A DNA stretch of 63,968 nucleotides, filler included, from Octopus bimaculoides (GCF_001194135.2; 11 parts of 9 records of this genome joined end to end with filler, not necessarily neighbours in it); one strand, 5' to 3'. Shown: positions 24,500-36,989, counted from the first letter of the whole stretch. Made by a program: numbers and translations. Notes: generated by a model from the sequence alone, not told the origin.

Positions 24500-24534
24500 A
24501 GTGGCTATCGGACGCTGACGAAGGGAAATAACCC
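24500..24534 (+). ncRNA. 5' half of the same hammerhead, cut by an assembly gap
   Basis: cggacgctgacgaagggaaataaccc then N-run. Confidence 0.7.
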
Positions 24535-24758
24535 NNNNNNNNNNNNNNNNNNNNNNNNNNNNNNNNNNNNNNNNNNNNNNNNNNNNNNNNNNNNNNNNNN
24601 NNNNNNNNNNNNNNNNNNNNNNNNNNNNNNNNNNNNNNNNNNNNNNNNNNNNNNNNNNNNNNNNNNNNNNNNNNNNNNNNNNNNNNNNNNNNNNNNNNNN
24701 NNNNNNNNNNNNNNNNNNNNNNNNNNNNNNNNNNNNNNNNNNNNNNNNNNNNNNNNNN

Positions 24759-24802
<44 letters not shown>

Positions 24803-26733
24803 GCACAGAAACATATATATATACCTATTTATTTATGTAAATGTAAGTATGTATTTATATATAATTACCCAATTAAAATGTAGCACAGGAAAACGACAAA
24901 GGAGAAAAATGAGAAACAGAAAAAATAGACGTAGTGGAAACGGACAGAATCAACACTATCGTCTGTCGACCAAATATCGTCGAAATATAACAAGAAAATA
25001 TGAAAACTATGCACATATCGGTAGATAAAGACCGGCTCTGATGCGAAAGATATATGGAATAAAGAAGGGCAGTAACAGGAAAATAATGAACGTTACAGTG
25101 AAATTGTATCAAACAAGGATTATTTTTCAAAAATGCGACAAAAATGACGCGTCGTCTGATATAACTCTCATAGGAAACATGGTGATTCTTTCAGCGATAG
25201 GATAATATATACATATTTTACGAAGATCTATACACCTTTTGCAGTCCGAGGAACTAGCGACACGTTTAAATTAAAGCTCTTAGACAATTGCGGAGCTCGG
25301 AAAACTTCTAAACTTCACAATGTTAAATGGGAAAAGGACAAATAGTTTAAAACGAGACGTTCATGTGGTACATTTTCCAACTGGAGAGGAAACATGAAAT
25401 TGCGCGTGCGCGTGTGTGAGAGAGAGAGAGTGAGAGAGAGAGTGAGTGAGTGAGAGAGAGACAGACAGACAGCGAGGGGAAGATGAAGAGCCGTACAGAG
25501 ATTAATGGCATTTGTGGTGGAGGACAAGAACAATGGAATACAGAAGATTGAAAGGTACGACAGAATAAATAGATACAAAGAAGTAGGTGGAAGGTAAAAG
25601 TAGGTGAAAATACTAAGGTAGATACAAAATAGAAATGCAGATATTATTATGAAATCAAAAAAAAGGAAACACTCTACTTATATCTACAGTTTGTAGATGT
25701 AAGTAGAGTGATGAGTAAAGTGAAACGTAGATAACATACAATGGATGGTGCAGACATGGACAATGGTACAATGGAAAAAAGCGAGGGCAGCAGATAAATC
25801 ACTGTACAGAAGAAGAGATGATAAGTAGAAAGAGAGATGTTCCCTCACGAAATAGAAAGGACTTGTGGCTCGAGGAAAAGTTTGAGTAGCGTTATATCAA
25901 AATAATATAAACGTAGCACAAGGAAGGAGGAAAAAAAACATATGAAAAAGGAAAAACACAAACAATAAATGAGGCAAGTTTCTAACGATTGTGTGTTTGT
26001 AGATTGTTATACGTGGTGTACAGATTGTCTATACGATGTAAATGGAGGCAGTCAGAACTTTAGATATTTATTTAGTGCCTTCATTTCGTTTCGGATATTC
26101 ATCAGGAAAGATCATTTGTACAGAACATTTACACCTTAAATATGTATGTTATTTGAAGAAATATGAAGTTGAAATGAGATGTGACTGCACAGATGTTTTG
26201 AATCTATGTATGTGATTATATGCGTGTGTTTGTATGTGTATTTAAGTATATGGGTGGTGAACATTATGAGGTTTGGTAAGGACAAAAAATGCAAAAGGGA
26301 ATGAAAGCAAGAAAGGTGGAAAGAAAGAAGGGTACTACAAATTATTCCCAATTTACGCAAAATTCCGTTGTTCCCAAGGTATGATTAATATATTTAACTC
26401 TCATTCTTCTCACTTAAACTTGTCTGCATATGCATCATACATTCTGAAATTGTTTTTCTTTATAAAATAAACCTAACTCATTTATATTCTTACTGTATAT
26501 AATAACTTTACTTGTGAGTTATATCCTCCTTTCGGACTAATTAACTATGTATGTACGTGTACTCGAAAGCATTAACACATATCAGTACGTATAATAAATG
26601 TGTATATATATATATATATATATGGATAGATAGATAGATAGATATATATATATATATATATATATATAGATATACATACGCACACACACACACATACACA
26701 CACACACCCACACACCCACACACACACGCACAT

Positions 26734-26962
26734 GGGCGAGCTGGCAGAAACGTTAGCACGCCGTGCGAAATGCTTAGCGGTATTTCGTCTGCCGCTACGT
26801 TTTGAGTTCAAATTCCGCCGAGGTCGACTTTGCCTTTCATCCTTTTGGGGTCGATTAAATAAGTACCAGTTACGCACTGGGGTCGATATATTCGACTTAA
26901 TCCGTTTGTCTGTCTTTGTTTGTCCCCTCTGTGTGTAGCCCCTTGTGGGTAGTAAAGAAATA
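26734..26962 (+). mobile_element. SINE family B, full length, low divergence
   Basis: ggcgagctggcagaaacgttagcacgcc...gagttcaaattccgccgaggtcgactttgcc...gtagtaaagaaata. Confidence 0.93.
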
Positions 26963-27139
26963 ACACACACACATATATATAATGCAGAAATTGTACAACA
27001 TATATAAATGGATGATGAGTAAAGCACCGACACAATTCCGATTACCTGTTGCCATCTGTCGATTTACTACAACTACAGAAACACACAGACGCATACACAC
27101 ACAGATATACATACAACTCTAGTCATAATATAACCGTTA

Positions 27140-27560
27140 GTGATGTCTTAATCAACCTATAGACAAATGTTCATGTCGTGATAGGACTAAATGTAAGCTC
27201 TTTAGTAATTGTAATATCGATAATGTAATTTATGAAAGCATAGTTAGATCTAAGAACAATATTAATAAAATTATAAAGAAGACTTATATTGGATCAACAG
27301 CTAATGAAATTTAAAAAAAAGAATATCCCAGCACTACCAGACCTTTAAAAATCACAATTTAAGTAAGTCTACAGGCTTAAGTAAATATATAAGGGAACTG
27401 AAATCTAGGAAAAGAGATTACACCCGTAATTAGAGTATTATAGGTAGCGTCCATTCCTATAATATTGGGAATAAAATGATTGTATTATGCATAACTGAAT
27501 TTATGAAAGTACTACATTCTAGAAATGAATTACTAAACACATGATTTTTTGGTCAGAAGG
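27140..27560 (+). pseudogene. Decayed PLE GIY-YIG endonuclease fragment
   Basis: KKTYIGSTANE(F)KKRISQHYQTFK..KSTGLSKYI across frameshifts. Confidence 0.65.
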
Positions 27561-28137
27561 TGGGAGTTTTTTGTCAGGCATAACATGGCGTTGATAGTAT
27601 AGAACGTGTTTATTTTTTACCTTAGTGTTCAAAATAGACTATTTAAAGACAAATTTAACTTCAATGCTTGACAGCCAGTCGATGGTTTAACAAGAGGCAA
27701 ATCCGAAGTCACTGTCAAACATAATTTTCTTCAAGAATAATGTGTGCGGTGTGCGTGTATGTGTGTTAATGTGTGTGTGCGCGCACGCACTCGCACATAA
27801 ATATATCTATTATATTTGCTTTCTAATTGATATAAAATACAGATGATAATCGTATCACCATGAATATGACTTTATTAATTATTGCCTATTTTTACTATGC
27901 CCATTAAATTCGAAGAATTTGATCTTCACCTAATAAATCGATAGATCAAATTTTAACAATATATAAATAATAGAGTTGTGGCAATCAGAAAAGATAATTG
28001 ACTTCTGTGAGTAAAACGTGCATTATGTTAAAAAAAAACCAATACGACATATGCATTTCCCAACATTTTCTCGGTGTTTTATTTGAAATAGGAAATTATA
28101 TCATATAATTGTGGACTATGTCAAGAAGCGTTTAAAT

Positions 28138-28318
28138 CTGCGCTTTCTAAACTATGGGTCCTGACCCCAAATGTAGGTGAAACACTGGAAGTTCAGTCTA
28201 TATGTCATTTCAAAACGCACAGTATTTAACGTGATACGTTGTATTTAATACCGGGGAACGCGAAAAATCTCGTATTGCAAAATGCGGTCACGAATGAAAA
28301 AAAGTTTAAAAAGCGCTG
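28138..28318. mobile_element. hAT-type MITE
   Basis: Ends ctgcgctttctaaact / agtttaaaaagcgctg (2 mismatches); flanks gtttaaat / atttaaaa resemble a decayed 8-bp TSD. Confidence 0.55.
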
Positions 28319-28944
28319 ATTTAAAAACTCGAATATTGACAGTTTTCGGTTTATGATCATGATATTCTTGCTGCTGCTGTTGCTGTTGTCATCCCGAACG
28401 CCTAGGACAGCTCTGATTAATTTGCTCTGTGATTAACTGGAAAAACAGACGTGACAATTATCGACTTTGTTTTTTTGCTAATACCATGTATCGTGACGAT
28501 ATTATCCATTGCGTCGTTTCCTTTCTTGTTAACTCTTGTTTTGTTCATCACGTGACATCAAAAACTCTACTTGCACACACATATATACATGCACGCTCAG
28601 GGACACAAGCGCATGCACGTATTTAAACGCAGACGTATATATAACTATTTATATATATGTATATATTGTACATATACGTATGTAGCAATCAATTTATATA
28701 TCTATATCTAGCGGGTCTTGTATCTACCTCTCTCTCTCTTTCTCTCTATGAATATATATGTGCGCTGGCGCGTGATTGTACGCATACGTATTTAAAACAT
28801 ACATGTATTAATGCTTATATATGTATATATATATATATATATATNNNNNNNNNNNNNNNNNNNNNNNNNNNNNNNNNNNNNNNNNNNNTTAATTAATTAA
28901 NNNNNNNNNNNNNNNNNNNNNNNNNNNNNNNNNNNNNNNNNNNN

Positions 28945-29735
28945 TCAACCTAGCAAAAAGGATATGTACTATAGTTTCTAATGCAACCACCAGGGATACT
29001 CGACTACATGAACTAAAGGATACTCTCACCACCAGGAACTACCCAGCTACACTAATTGACACATGCTTTAAACGAGCCCTTCAACTCAGCATCCACGAAC
29101 TCAGACATCCCAAATTAAAGGTCTTACAACCAAAAGCCCTACCATACATTTCCACATACAACCCTCTTAACAACGAAGCCTTCGACACCATACTTCAAAA
29201 CATTCCCCTGCTAAAGAAGGACCACAGAATGAACTTAATCCTCCAAACACACACCATTATAAAAAGCAAGAGACAGCCCAAATCTATGAAAAGTCTCCTA
29301 ACACAAGCCCGAATACCCTCATCAAAAACACTGAAGCCGTCAGTAAAAAAATGCGGTAGACTCAACTGCGGAATATGCATCAATCTAATTGAGGGATCAG
29401 AGTTCTCCTTCGAACAGGGACAACATTTCAAAGTGAAAAGCAACTTCACATGTACTTCGGAGAACCTGATATACGCATTGACCTGCTCTGGATGTCAAGA
29501 GTACATAGGCCAAACGAAAAACAGCCTGCACAAATCCCAAATAAAAATTCCCCAAAACAGAAAATTAGCATTCAACCAAAACATCGATATTTGCGCCAAT
29601 AATAAAAATCTTAGTTTCAGAATCTTTCCCCTCTACCAATTCAGCGACGATACATCCTACGGCCAAAGAATAGGTAAAAAACTCTCTCTTCATCACAAAA
29701 TACAGACCCCTTCTGAACGCATCTACAACGAATGA
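28945..29735 (+). pseudogene. Penelope-like element RT C-terminus plus GIY-YIG (same family as 6325-7172)
   Basis: NLAKRICTIVSN..; KKCGRLNCGIC; NLIYALTCSGCQEYIGQTKN. Confidence 0.88.
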
Positions 29736-30276
29736 CATATCTACCATGACCTTAGAATAAAACACACACACAAATATTAAAAATGATAAGCTCCAAATAG
29801 ATACGCAAGGAATTATAAAAAAATAAAAAAATATAAAAAACAACCCCAATCACTACTCACTCGACTAGTTACTATCACTCTTTCCTGCATTTTTTTATTA
29901 TTATTATTATTATTACTATTTCTCTCCTTCTCCCCATCCCTCATCTTCTCCGTCACCTTCTCTTCCTTTCCACCACCTCCTCCCTTACTTTAGTACTGCT
30001 GTCTAGAATAACACCCACGCAAACATTATAAACAATACAGATCACTACGTCCATCAACAAGTCAATGTCAGGACACCCAACCAATTAACACTACTACTAT
30101 CATAGCATTCCTTCTTCGAACCCACAAGAGTTAACAAGTGAAACAGCGACAAGCAGAAACAAGAAATATGCCGCTGTTACTTGAATAGTATACAAATATG
30201 TCTTTAAAAAGACTTTTCTTTTAAATTTACCAAAATTTAATTTTTCAATAATTTTTCAAAAAATTATTATTCATAT

Positions 30277-30318
30277 TTACTGTTGAAAAGATCTCAAGGA
30301 TCGAAACCGGTTCTGTAA
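30277..30318 (+). ncRNA. Decayed hammerhead 3' of the PLE at 28945-29735
   Basis: UUACUG-UUGAAAA-GAUC UCAAG GAUC-GAAAC-CG-GUU^CUGUAA; core box mutated. Confidence 0.5.
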
Positions 30319-32480
30319 TGTTCTTTATAAAAGTATTTTAGCATTTTCTACTTTGTCTTTTTTCCATATATATCTACACGTCTGTTCCTCTTCAGCCTTT
30401 TANNNNNNNNNNNNNNNNNNNNNNNNNNNNNNNNNNNNNNNNNNNNNNNNNNNNNNNNNNNNNNNNNNNNNNNNNNNNNNNNNNNNNNNNNNNNNNNNNN
30501 NNNNNNNNNNNNNNNNNNNNNNNNNNNNNNNNNNNNNNNNNNNNNNNNNNNNNNNNNNNNNNNNNNNNNNNNNNNNNNNNNNNNNNNNNNNNNNNNNNNN
30601 NNNNNNNNNNNNNNNNNNNNNNNNNNNNNNNNNNNNNNNNNNNNNNNNNNNNNNNNNNNNNNNNNNNNNNNNNNNNNNNNNNNNNNNNNNNNNNNNNNNN
30701 NNNNNNNNNNNNNNNNNNNNNNNNNNNNNNNNNNNNNNNNNNNNNNNNNNNNNNNNNNNNNNNNNNNNNNNNNNNNNNNNNNNNNNNNNNNNNNNNNNNN
30801 NNNNNNNNNNNNNNNNNNNNNNNNNNNNNNNNNNNNNNNNNNNNNNNNNNNNNNNNNNNNNNNNNNNNNNNNNNNNNNNNNNNNNNNNNNNNNNNNNNNN
30901 NNNNNNNNNNNNNNNNNNNNNNNNNNNNNNNNNNNNNNNNNNNNNNNNNNNNNNNNNNNNNNNNNNNNNNNNNNNNNNNNNNNNNNNNNNNNNNNNNNNN
31001 NNNNNNNNNNNNNNNNNNNNNNNNNNNNNNNNNNNNNNNNNNNNNNNNNNNNNNNNNNNNNNNNNNNNNNNNNNNNNNNNNNNNNNNNNNNNNNNNNNNN
31101 NNNNNNNNNNNNNNNNNNNNNNNNNNNNNNNNNNNNNNNNNNNNNNNNNNNNNNNNNNNNNNNNNNNNNNNNNNNNNNNNNNNNNNNNNNNNNNNNNNNN
31201 NNNNNNNNNNNNNNNNNNNNNNNNNNNNNNNNNNNNNNNNNNNNNNNNNNNNNNNNNNNNNNNNNNNNNNNNNNNNNNNNNNNNNNNNNNNNTCTTGGGA
31301 AAATTTCGAACCTGGGTTCTCATTCCTAAGGTATTTTTCGATGTTATTATTATTTTCCTGGTATCGGAATCTTGGAGTTAGTAGCCCACGCTCTTAACCA
31401 CTACGCCATCAGCCCGTGGGCAATTATGGAGTGAATTTTAGGGTTTAGAAATCTAATATTTTCCTATCCTTTCTTAATACCGGTTCTCAATCTGCACTAG
31501 GTCTGCTTAGTAGGTTGTTGTGTCCTAGCATATGTGCTGCTTCTTTTAGTTTTCGTATTTTCCAGTGATATTCTCTGTCTATTATCTTAACTTCATCCCG
31601 CAAGAGAAGGGGGTCTCCATTTTCCATACATGATCAGCTATAACCGATTTATCAATATCTCCTTGTGTCACAGCTTTGCGATGTTCCTCTACCTTTATTT
31701 TGAGCGGGGTGGCATCTTTCGCCTTTGTATAACATTCCACATGGGATGGAGTACATGCATATTCTCTTCTATTGATGGCTTTACTCGGAGATATTTTGCG
31801 AAGTGTTGTATTACTCTTGAATACTGTCCTGAAGTCATATGGGTCGCACATCTTTTGTATCTTTTGGGAGAGACCTTTCACACAGGGTCGACAAACTGTG
31901 GGCAGTTTATTGGTTTCATCCTCTCTTTCTTCATAATTGGAGTGGATAGTATGTTTTGAGGGTATATGTTGCTTAATAGATTGTTACTGAGCTTGATCCT
32001 TTCTTCGTGGTGTGTATCACGATCGCAACTTATATTCTTTGCTCGATGTTTTAGGTACAGAGCAATCCCTCTCTTTACACTGTATGGATGGTGGTAATTG
32101 AAGTTAAGATATCATGCAGTGAAGGTCGGCTTGCGGCATACGGATGTCCTGAATCCATACTTGGTACGTGTTATTAATACGTCCAGGAATGCTACCTGAT
32201 TGTCTTTTTCCTTTTCCATTGTGAATTGTATGGATGGCTTTATTGAGTTACATGGCTTTATTGAGTTTATTGAGTTAACAGCACTTGGACATCTTCCTCA
32301 TGGGGCTAGAGTATAAAGGTGTCATCAACGTATCGTAGCCATAGGGTTAGTTTTAGTGGTGTTGATCCTAAAGCCAAATTCTCAAAGTATTCCATGTATA
32401 TATTGGCTATTATCGGTGATAATGGCAAACCCATAGCTGAACCCTTTTTTTGTATTATTACTGTCCATACTGAAGTAGGT

Positions 32481-33325
32481 ATATATTAGTGTCCATACTG
32501 ATGTAGCAAACTCATAAGAGGCGGAGAGAGAACGTAAGTTCGTTTTGCCCGAACATGAGAAATTATTGATTTCTCATTGGTTAAAAATTACAGCCCATAT
32601 ACGAATTCTGAACTTCGTTGAAGAAGTTGTTCACGGGTTACGGTTCTATGATTCGTGTATGAGTAGTTATAAAAACCCTGATTTTCGGCAAACTCTCCAG
32701 TGATCGTTGGACGGCCACTCAAATCCACGACACTCACGCAAGTGATCGTTGGATGCCACTCAAATCCACGACACTCACCTCTTGAGTATCGGCTAATATT
32801 ATATGCCATGTTCAATACTCAAATCTGACAACATTGAATTGTTGTGAACTCTTATAGCTAGAATGAAAGGTTAGTTAATATAAAATTTAAGTCGTAATTC
32901 TCTACGACGAAATGACTTTATTTCTAAATGTTCTATAAATGCCAAAAAAATGTATATAATAAATTAATGTTGAAATTTAATTTCTTTTACTTCTCGTTTC
33001 TTTCAACTTGTTGAATTTATTTCTGTATATTAATGAAACTGTATTTTTTTATGTGTAACAGTCAAAAAAATATAATCTATATCTTCAACATACATGTACG
33101 TAGGAACGCACGTTCATCGTCTTGGTATGTATACATCATAACATTTACGCAGTCTAAACTAAGAGTTATGCTTAGTGATAAATACTTATAATTAAGTAAC
33201 GAGATTATCATTATAGCTTTTAATTAAGAAACAATAATATTTGTTATAACTTACGATCGAAAACATTGTAAATAAAGATATAGTATATATCTCACTTCAA
33301 CAACCTGTTATAACAACCGCATAAA
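32481..33325. mobile_element. Unclassified 845-bp insertion with 12-bp TSD inside the PLE RT
   Basis: actgaagtaggt at 32469-32480 and 33326-33337; removal restores VETTYFSMDS..KKGSAMG. Confidence 0.75.
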
Positions 33326-34262
33326 ACTGAAGTAGGTAGTTTCTACACAGAAGGTCAACGTTTCCATTAGGTTTCTTATTGGTATACTAGTGCGTTCTTT
33401 TAGATTGGTGTCTGTCACTAGTTTTTCTTGAATCACCGATATAGTGCTTCACCAGTTGTGACTTTGGTGAACAGACTTATCACATCTAGACTCACCATCT
33501 GGTTGGATTCAATGGGGGTATCCTTGATCAATTCTGTGAAGCGGGTGGAATTCTTCACGTTCGATGTTGACTTTCCTGCTAATGGACTGATTATATCCAC
33601 AGGAAAGCGGCTCAGTGGATGATATGCTGAACTTCTACAGCTCACTAAATGTCTTAATGGAATGCCATCCTTGTGAATCTTAGGGAGACCGTACATGTGT
33701 GGTAGTTTACTGTAGTGTTGAGTCAGTTGTCTGTACTTCATTGGTGTAAAGTGATCCTTGTTCTTGATCAAGATCTGTTACAACCTCCTCTCTGTTTTCA
33801 GAGTTGGGTCGTTCTTTACTTTGCTGTAGTTACCATCACTTATAAGACTTGTTAGTTTTCCCGAGTAGTCAGATTTGTTCATCACTACTGTAGCATTTCC
33901 CTTGTTTGCTGGAAGTATTATGTTGGAATTGGCACTCTGTAGTCTTTTGATAACTACCTTTTCTTCCTTAGTAATGTTTGGTTTCGGAAGTTTCGCTTTT
34001 TCTAGTACCTGTCTCACTTTCCACCTTAGTTCAGCTCGCTGAGTTTTTGGTATCTTTATGGTTATCTCTTCAATAGGAACTATTATGTCCAATTATGGGA
34101 TGCGCTTGATGGTTGTCACCAAGTTGAGATCTTTGCTTAGTACTGCTTCTTCATATCTTTCTAGATGTCGACTACTTACATTAATTACTACTTTCACAGG
34201 TTGGTGACGGACTTCAGTCTTCATTCTCTGACCTTTGAGTTTCATAAACTTCTTAATCTGGC

Positions 34263-34290
34263 GTGTCTTCACCAGCCTTCATCAGGTGTC
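34263..34290 (-). ncRNA. 5' half of a pLTR hammerhead (3' half lost)
   Basis: Minus strand GACAC-CUGAUGA-AGGCUGG...CCAG; no matching stem I partner downstream. Confidence 0.4.
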
Positions 34291-34339
34291 TTGGGTAAAT
34301 TTCGAACCTGATTTTACATTCCTAAGGTATTTTTCGATG

Positions 34340-34408
<69 letters not shown>

Positions 34409-34410
34409 TC

Positions 34411-34458
34411 ACTCGGAATCTCGGGGTTAGTAGCCCGCGCTCTTAACCACTACGCCAT
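34411..34458 (-). other. tRNA-like (Pol III A-box) segment inside the pLTR; second copy at 31357-31409
   Basis: Minus strand tggcgtagtggttaagagcgcgggctactaaccccgagattccgagt gives a D-arm and anticodon arm; T-arm truncated. Confidence 0.65.
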
Positions 34459-35091
34459 CTGCTAGTGGGTAATTATGGAGTGAATTTTAGGGCTTAGAAA
34501 TCTAATATTTTCCTATCCTTCCTTAATACCGGTTCCCATATGCTATTCATATCTGCACTAGGTCTGCTTAGGAGGTTGTTGTCTCCTAGCATATGTGCTG
34601 CTTCTTTTAGTTTCTTCTAACATCAATTTTCTGACTTGTTAGACACAAAGCTACAAGAAAATAGCCATTAAAGTAAATCTCAAGGGTGGTGCACCATGAC
34701 CTCCAGTAGCTCATGACCTAATTGGAGTGACGCTGGGGTTGGAGCAATGGGAAGGCGATTGTAATTAAGAAAAAAGGGAAAGAAGAAAGAAAAGTGGAGT
34801 GTAATAAAGGGGAGAGATTAATTGGTGTTATTTATACACGTAAATTAGGGGAAGTAATGTAGTAAGTTCGAGAACACTGCAATAACGCAGCATTGTATCA
34901 AATGTTGAAAGTAAATAATATACTGTGGATGGATGCATCGGAAAGAGAGGAGAGATAGGGGAGAGAGAGATAAAGGTGGTGGAGATTGTAAAGAAATTAC
35001 GTAAAGAAGTAGGCAGTAGCAAGTCTGAAGAAATATTAAATATTTCTTCAGACTTGCTACTACCTACCTACCGAGCCTTCACAAAGGTAAA

Positions 35092-35139
<48 letters not shown>

Positions 35140-36230
35140 AATGTCCCAAGTATTTGAAAACTATGGAAAAATTAAAAAAAAAACATTTCATTTAATTTTT
35201 CCACAATTTAATTGAAACCGGTATTAAGATATTCTTAATGATAAAATCATTTTAGCATTTTCTACCTTCTCCTATTTTCCTTATACATATCAATTTGTGT
35301 GTTACTTTTCAACCTTCTAAATATATATATAAATATANNNNNNNNNNNNNNNNNNNNNNNNNNNNNNNNNNNNNNNNNNNNTTAATTAATTAANNNNNNN
35401 NNNNNNNNNNNNNNNNNNNNNNNNNNNNNNNNNNNNNATTGTTTTTTTTCTTACTCTATCCCAAAAATTGAAAAAAATAAAAAAAACAACTTCCCATTTG
35501 TATATTTAAGATTTATTTCAATAAATTTACTGATATACATTTATCTTATTTTATTATCTTATTTATTTTAGATTTATTTCAATTAATTTATTTACTTTCA
35601 GTTATTCATTTATTTATTTTCTATTATCTTCTCTTCTCTCATCTCCCAATCTTTTCCCTCTCTCATTTTTTCCCTTCACATTTTATTTCTTCTCCTTCTA
35701 CTCTCTCTCCCTCTAGTTTTTTCTATATCATCTTCTCTCTTGCTCTTTCTCTCTCCCACTCTCTGTCTTTTTGCTTCATCTCTAAATATTTATCCTCATA
35801 GTCTCTTTTCTTTCTTTCTTTCTTTCTTTCACTCTTTATTTATTTATTTACACCCCTTACTCCTTGCTTCCTTCTGTACATCTCCCCACCACTCACTTTC
35901 TCTTTTTTTTATCTCCTGCAGCTCTAAATATTTATTTTCTGGTCTTTGTTCTAAACACTGCCTGCTCCTTTTCCTCCTCCCCTTCTTCCTCCCATTCTTC
36001 CTCTTCCTCCTCTCCCTCTACTTCTCCTCTCCCTTGTCTTCCCCCTCCTTCTCTTCTTCCACTTCATCTTCCTCTACCTCCTACCTCTTACTCTCTCTCT
36101 CTCTCTCTTTCTCTCCCATATTCCTCCCTCCCTCTATTTTTCTTGCTCTCTAATATTCTACTTTTTTTACACATGTCACATTTCCAAATTTCTTTTACTC
36201 CCTTCTTCCTTCCTCTCTCTCTCTCTCTCT

Positions 36231-36292
<62 letters not shown>

Positions 36293-36989
36293 TCAACATT
36301 TCTACATATACTTATTCTTCTAAGTAGCCTTTTTTTTTTTACAAATTCCCATTCATCAACTTGAGAACCATTTAGCAATTTCGAACAAGACTGGTTTTTT
36401 CCACTCTTTCGCAGCCAGCAAAACTTGACTGGTTGGTGCTATGATGCTCACCAACAGGCACCAACCACTGGTCTACAGATCTACAGGTGTATCATCCTTT
36501 AATCCTACTAATCCTATTACAGTCAGAAGTTATTGGATAAACCAAGGCTATGTTAAAAGAGACCGACCGAAATTGCAGCACAGGGAAATTGAACCAAAAT
36601 CTCTAGTTGCAAAGAAAATTTTTTAATGATATTGCTATGCCACCCAAGTTGAGGTTTTTAAATTTTCGTTGCTATTTCTAACAGATCAAGGTACCACTGA
36701 GAATCTCTTGGTATGTGTGTGATCTAAAGTGAAAAAAAAAAGGGGAAACATGGACAGTTATCCAGTCAACCCACCCACGCCCTCAGAAGGGAACAGTTTC
36801 AAATATTTTCCTTCCGTCTCTGTCTACATCTGTTACTTGCCTGCCTGCCTGCTTGGTTTGGTTTGCATGTTTGCATTTTTACAGATGAAGTCAAAGCAAA
36901 AGGGGGAGGGGAAAGAGACAGAGATTACAGTAGTAGCAGTGAGGAGAGTAGGGGGAGAAGAAATATGCAATAGCCAGGGGGAGAAGTGC

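Larger units (their letters stand above)
23869..24534. mobile_element. Head-to-head junction of a 346-bp hammerhead-bearing repeat unit (retrozyme or PLE pLTR-like)
   Basis: 23869-24071 is the inverse of 24180-24382 (9 mismatches in 203 bp); 24063-24181 is the inverse of 24414-24534; aaataaccc recurs at 24180 and 24526 (period 346). Confidence 0.85.
31293..34613 (-). mobile_element. Penelope-like element with direct pseudo-LTRs (31293-31553 and 34289-34613), decayed RT/GIY-YIG ORF, interrupted by an insertion
   Basis: Near-identical terminal repeats; RT motifs LPHMYGLPKIHKDGIPLR, MVSLDVISLFTKV, SPIIANIYMEYFEN; GIY-YIG remnant near 31600-31800. Confidence 0.9.

Noticed and set aside
23869-24534. 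Pure misassembly of one sequence, or a CRISPR-like array
   Set aside because: Copies differ at about 14 positions, several of them CpG-type transitions; eukaryotic context with no repeat-spacer pattern. A chimeric join of two real copies is not excluded without long reads.
31357-31409. Functional tRNA gene
   Set aside because: T-arm/B-box and acceptor stem are missing, and the segment lies inside a retroelement repeat.
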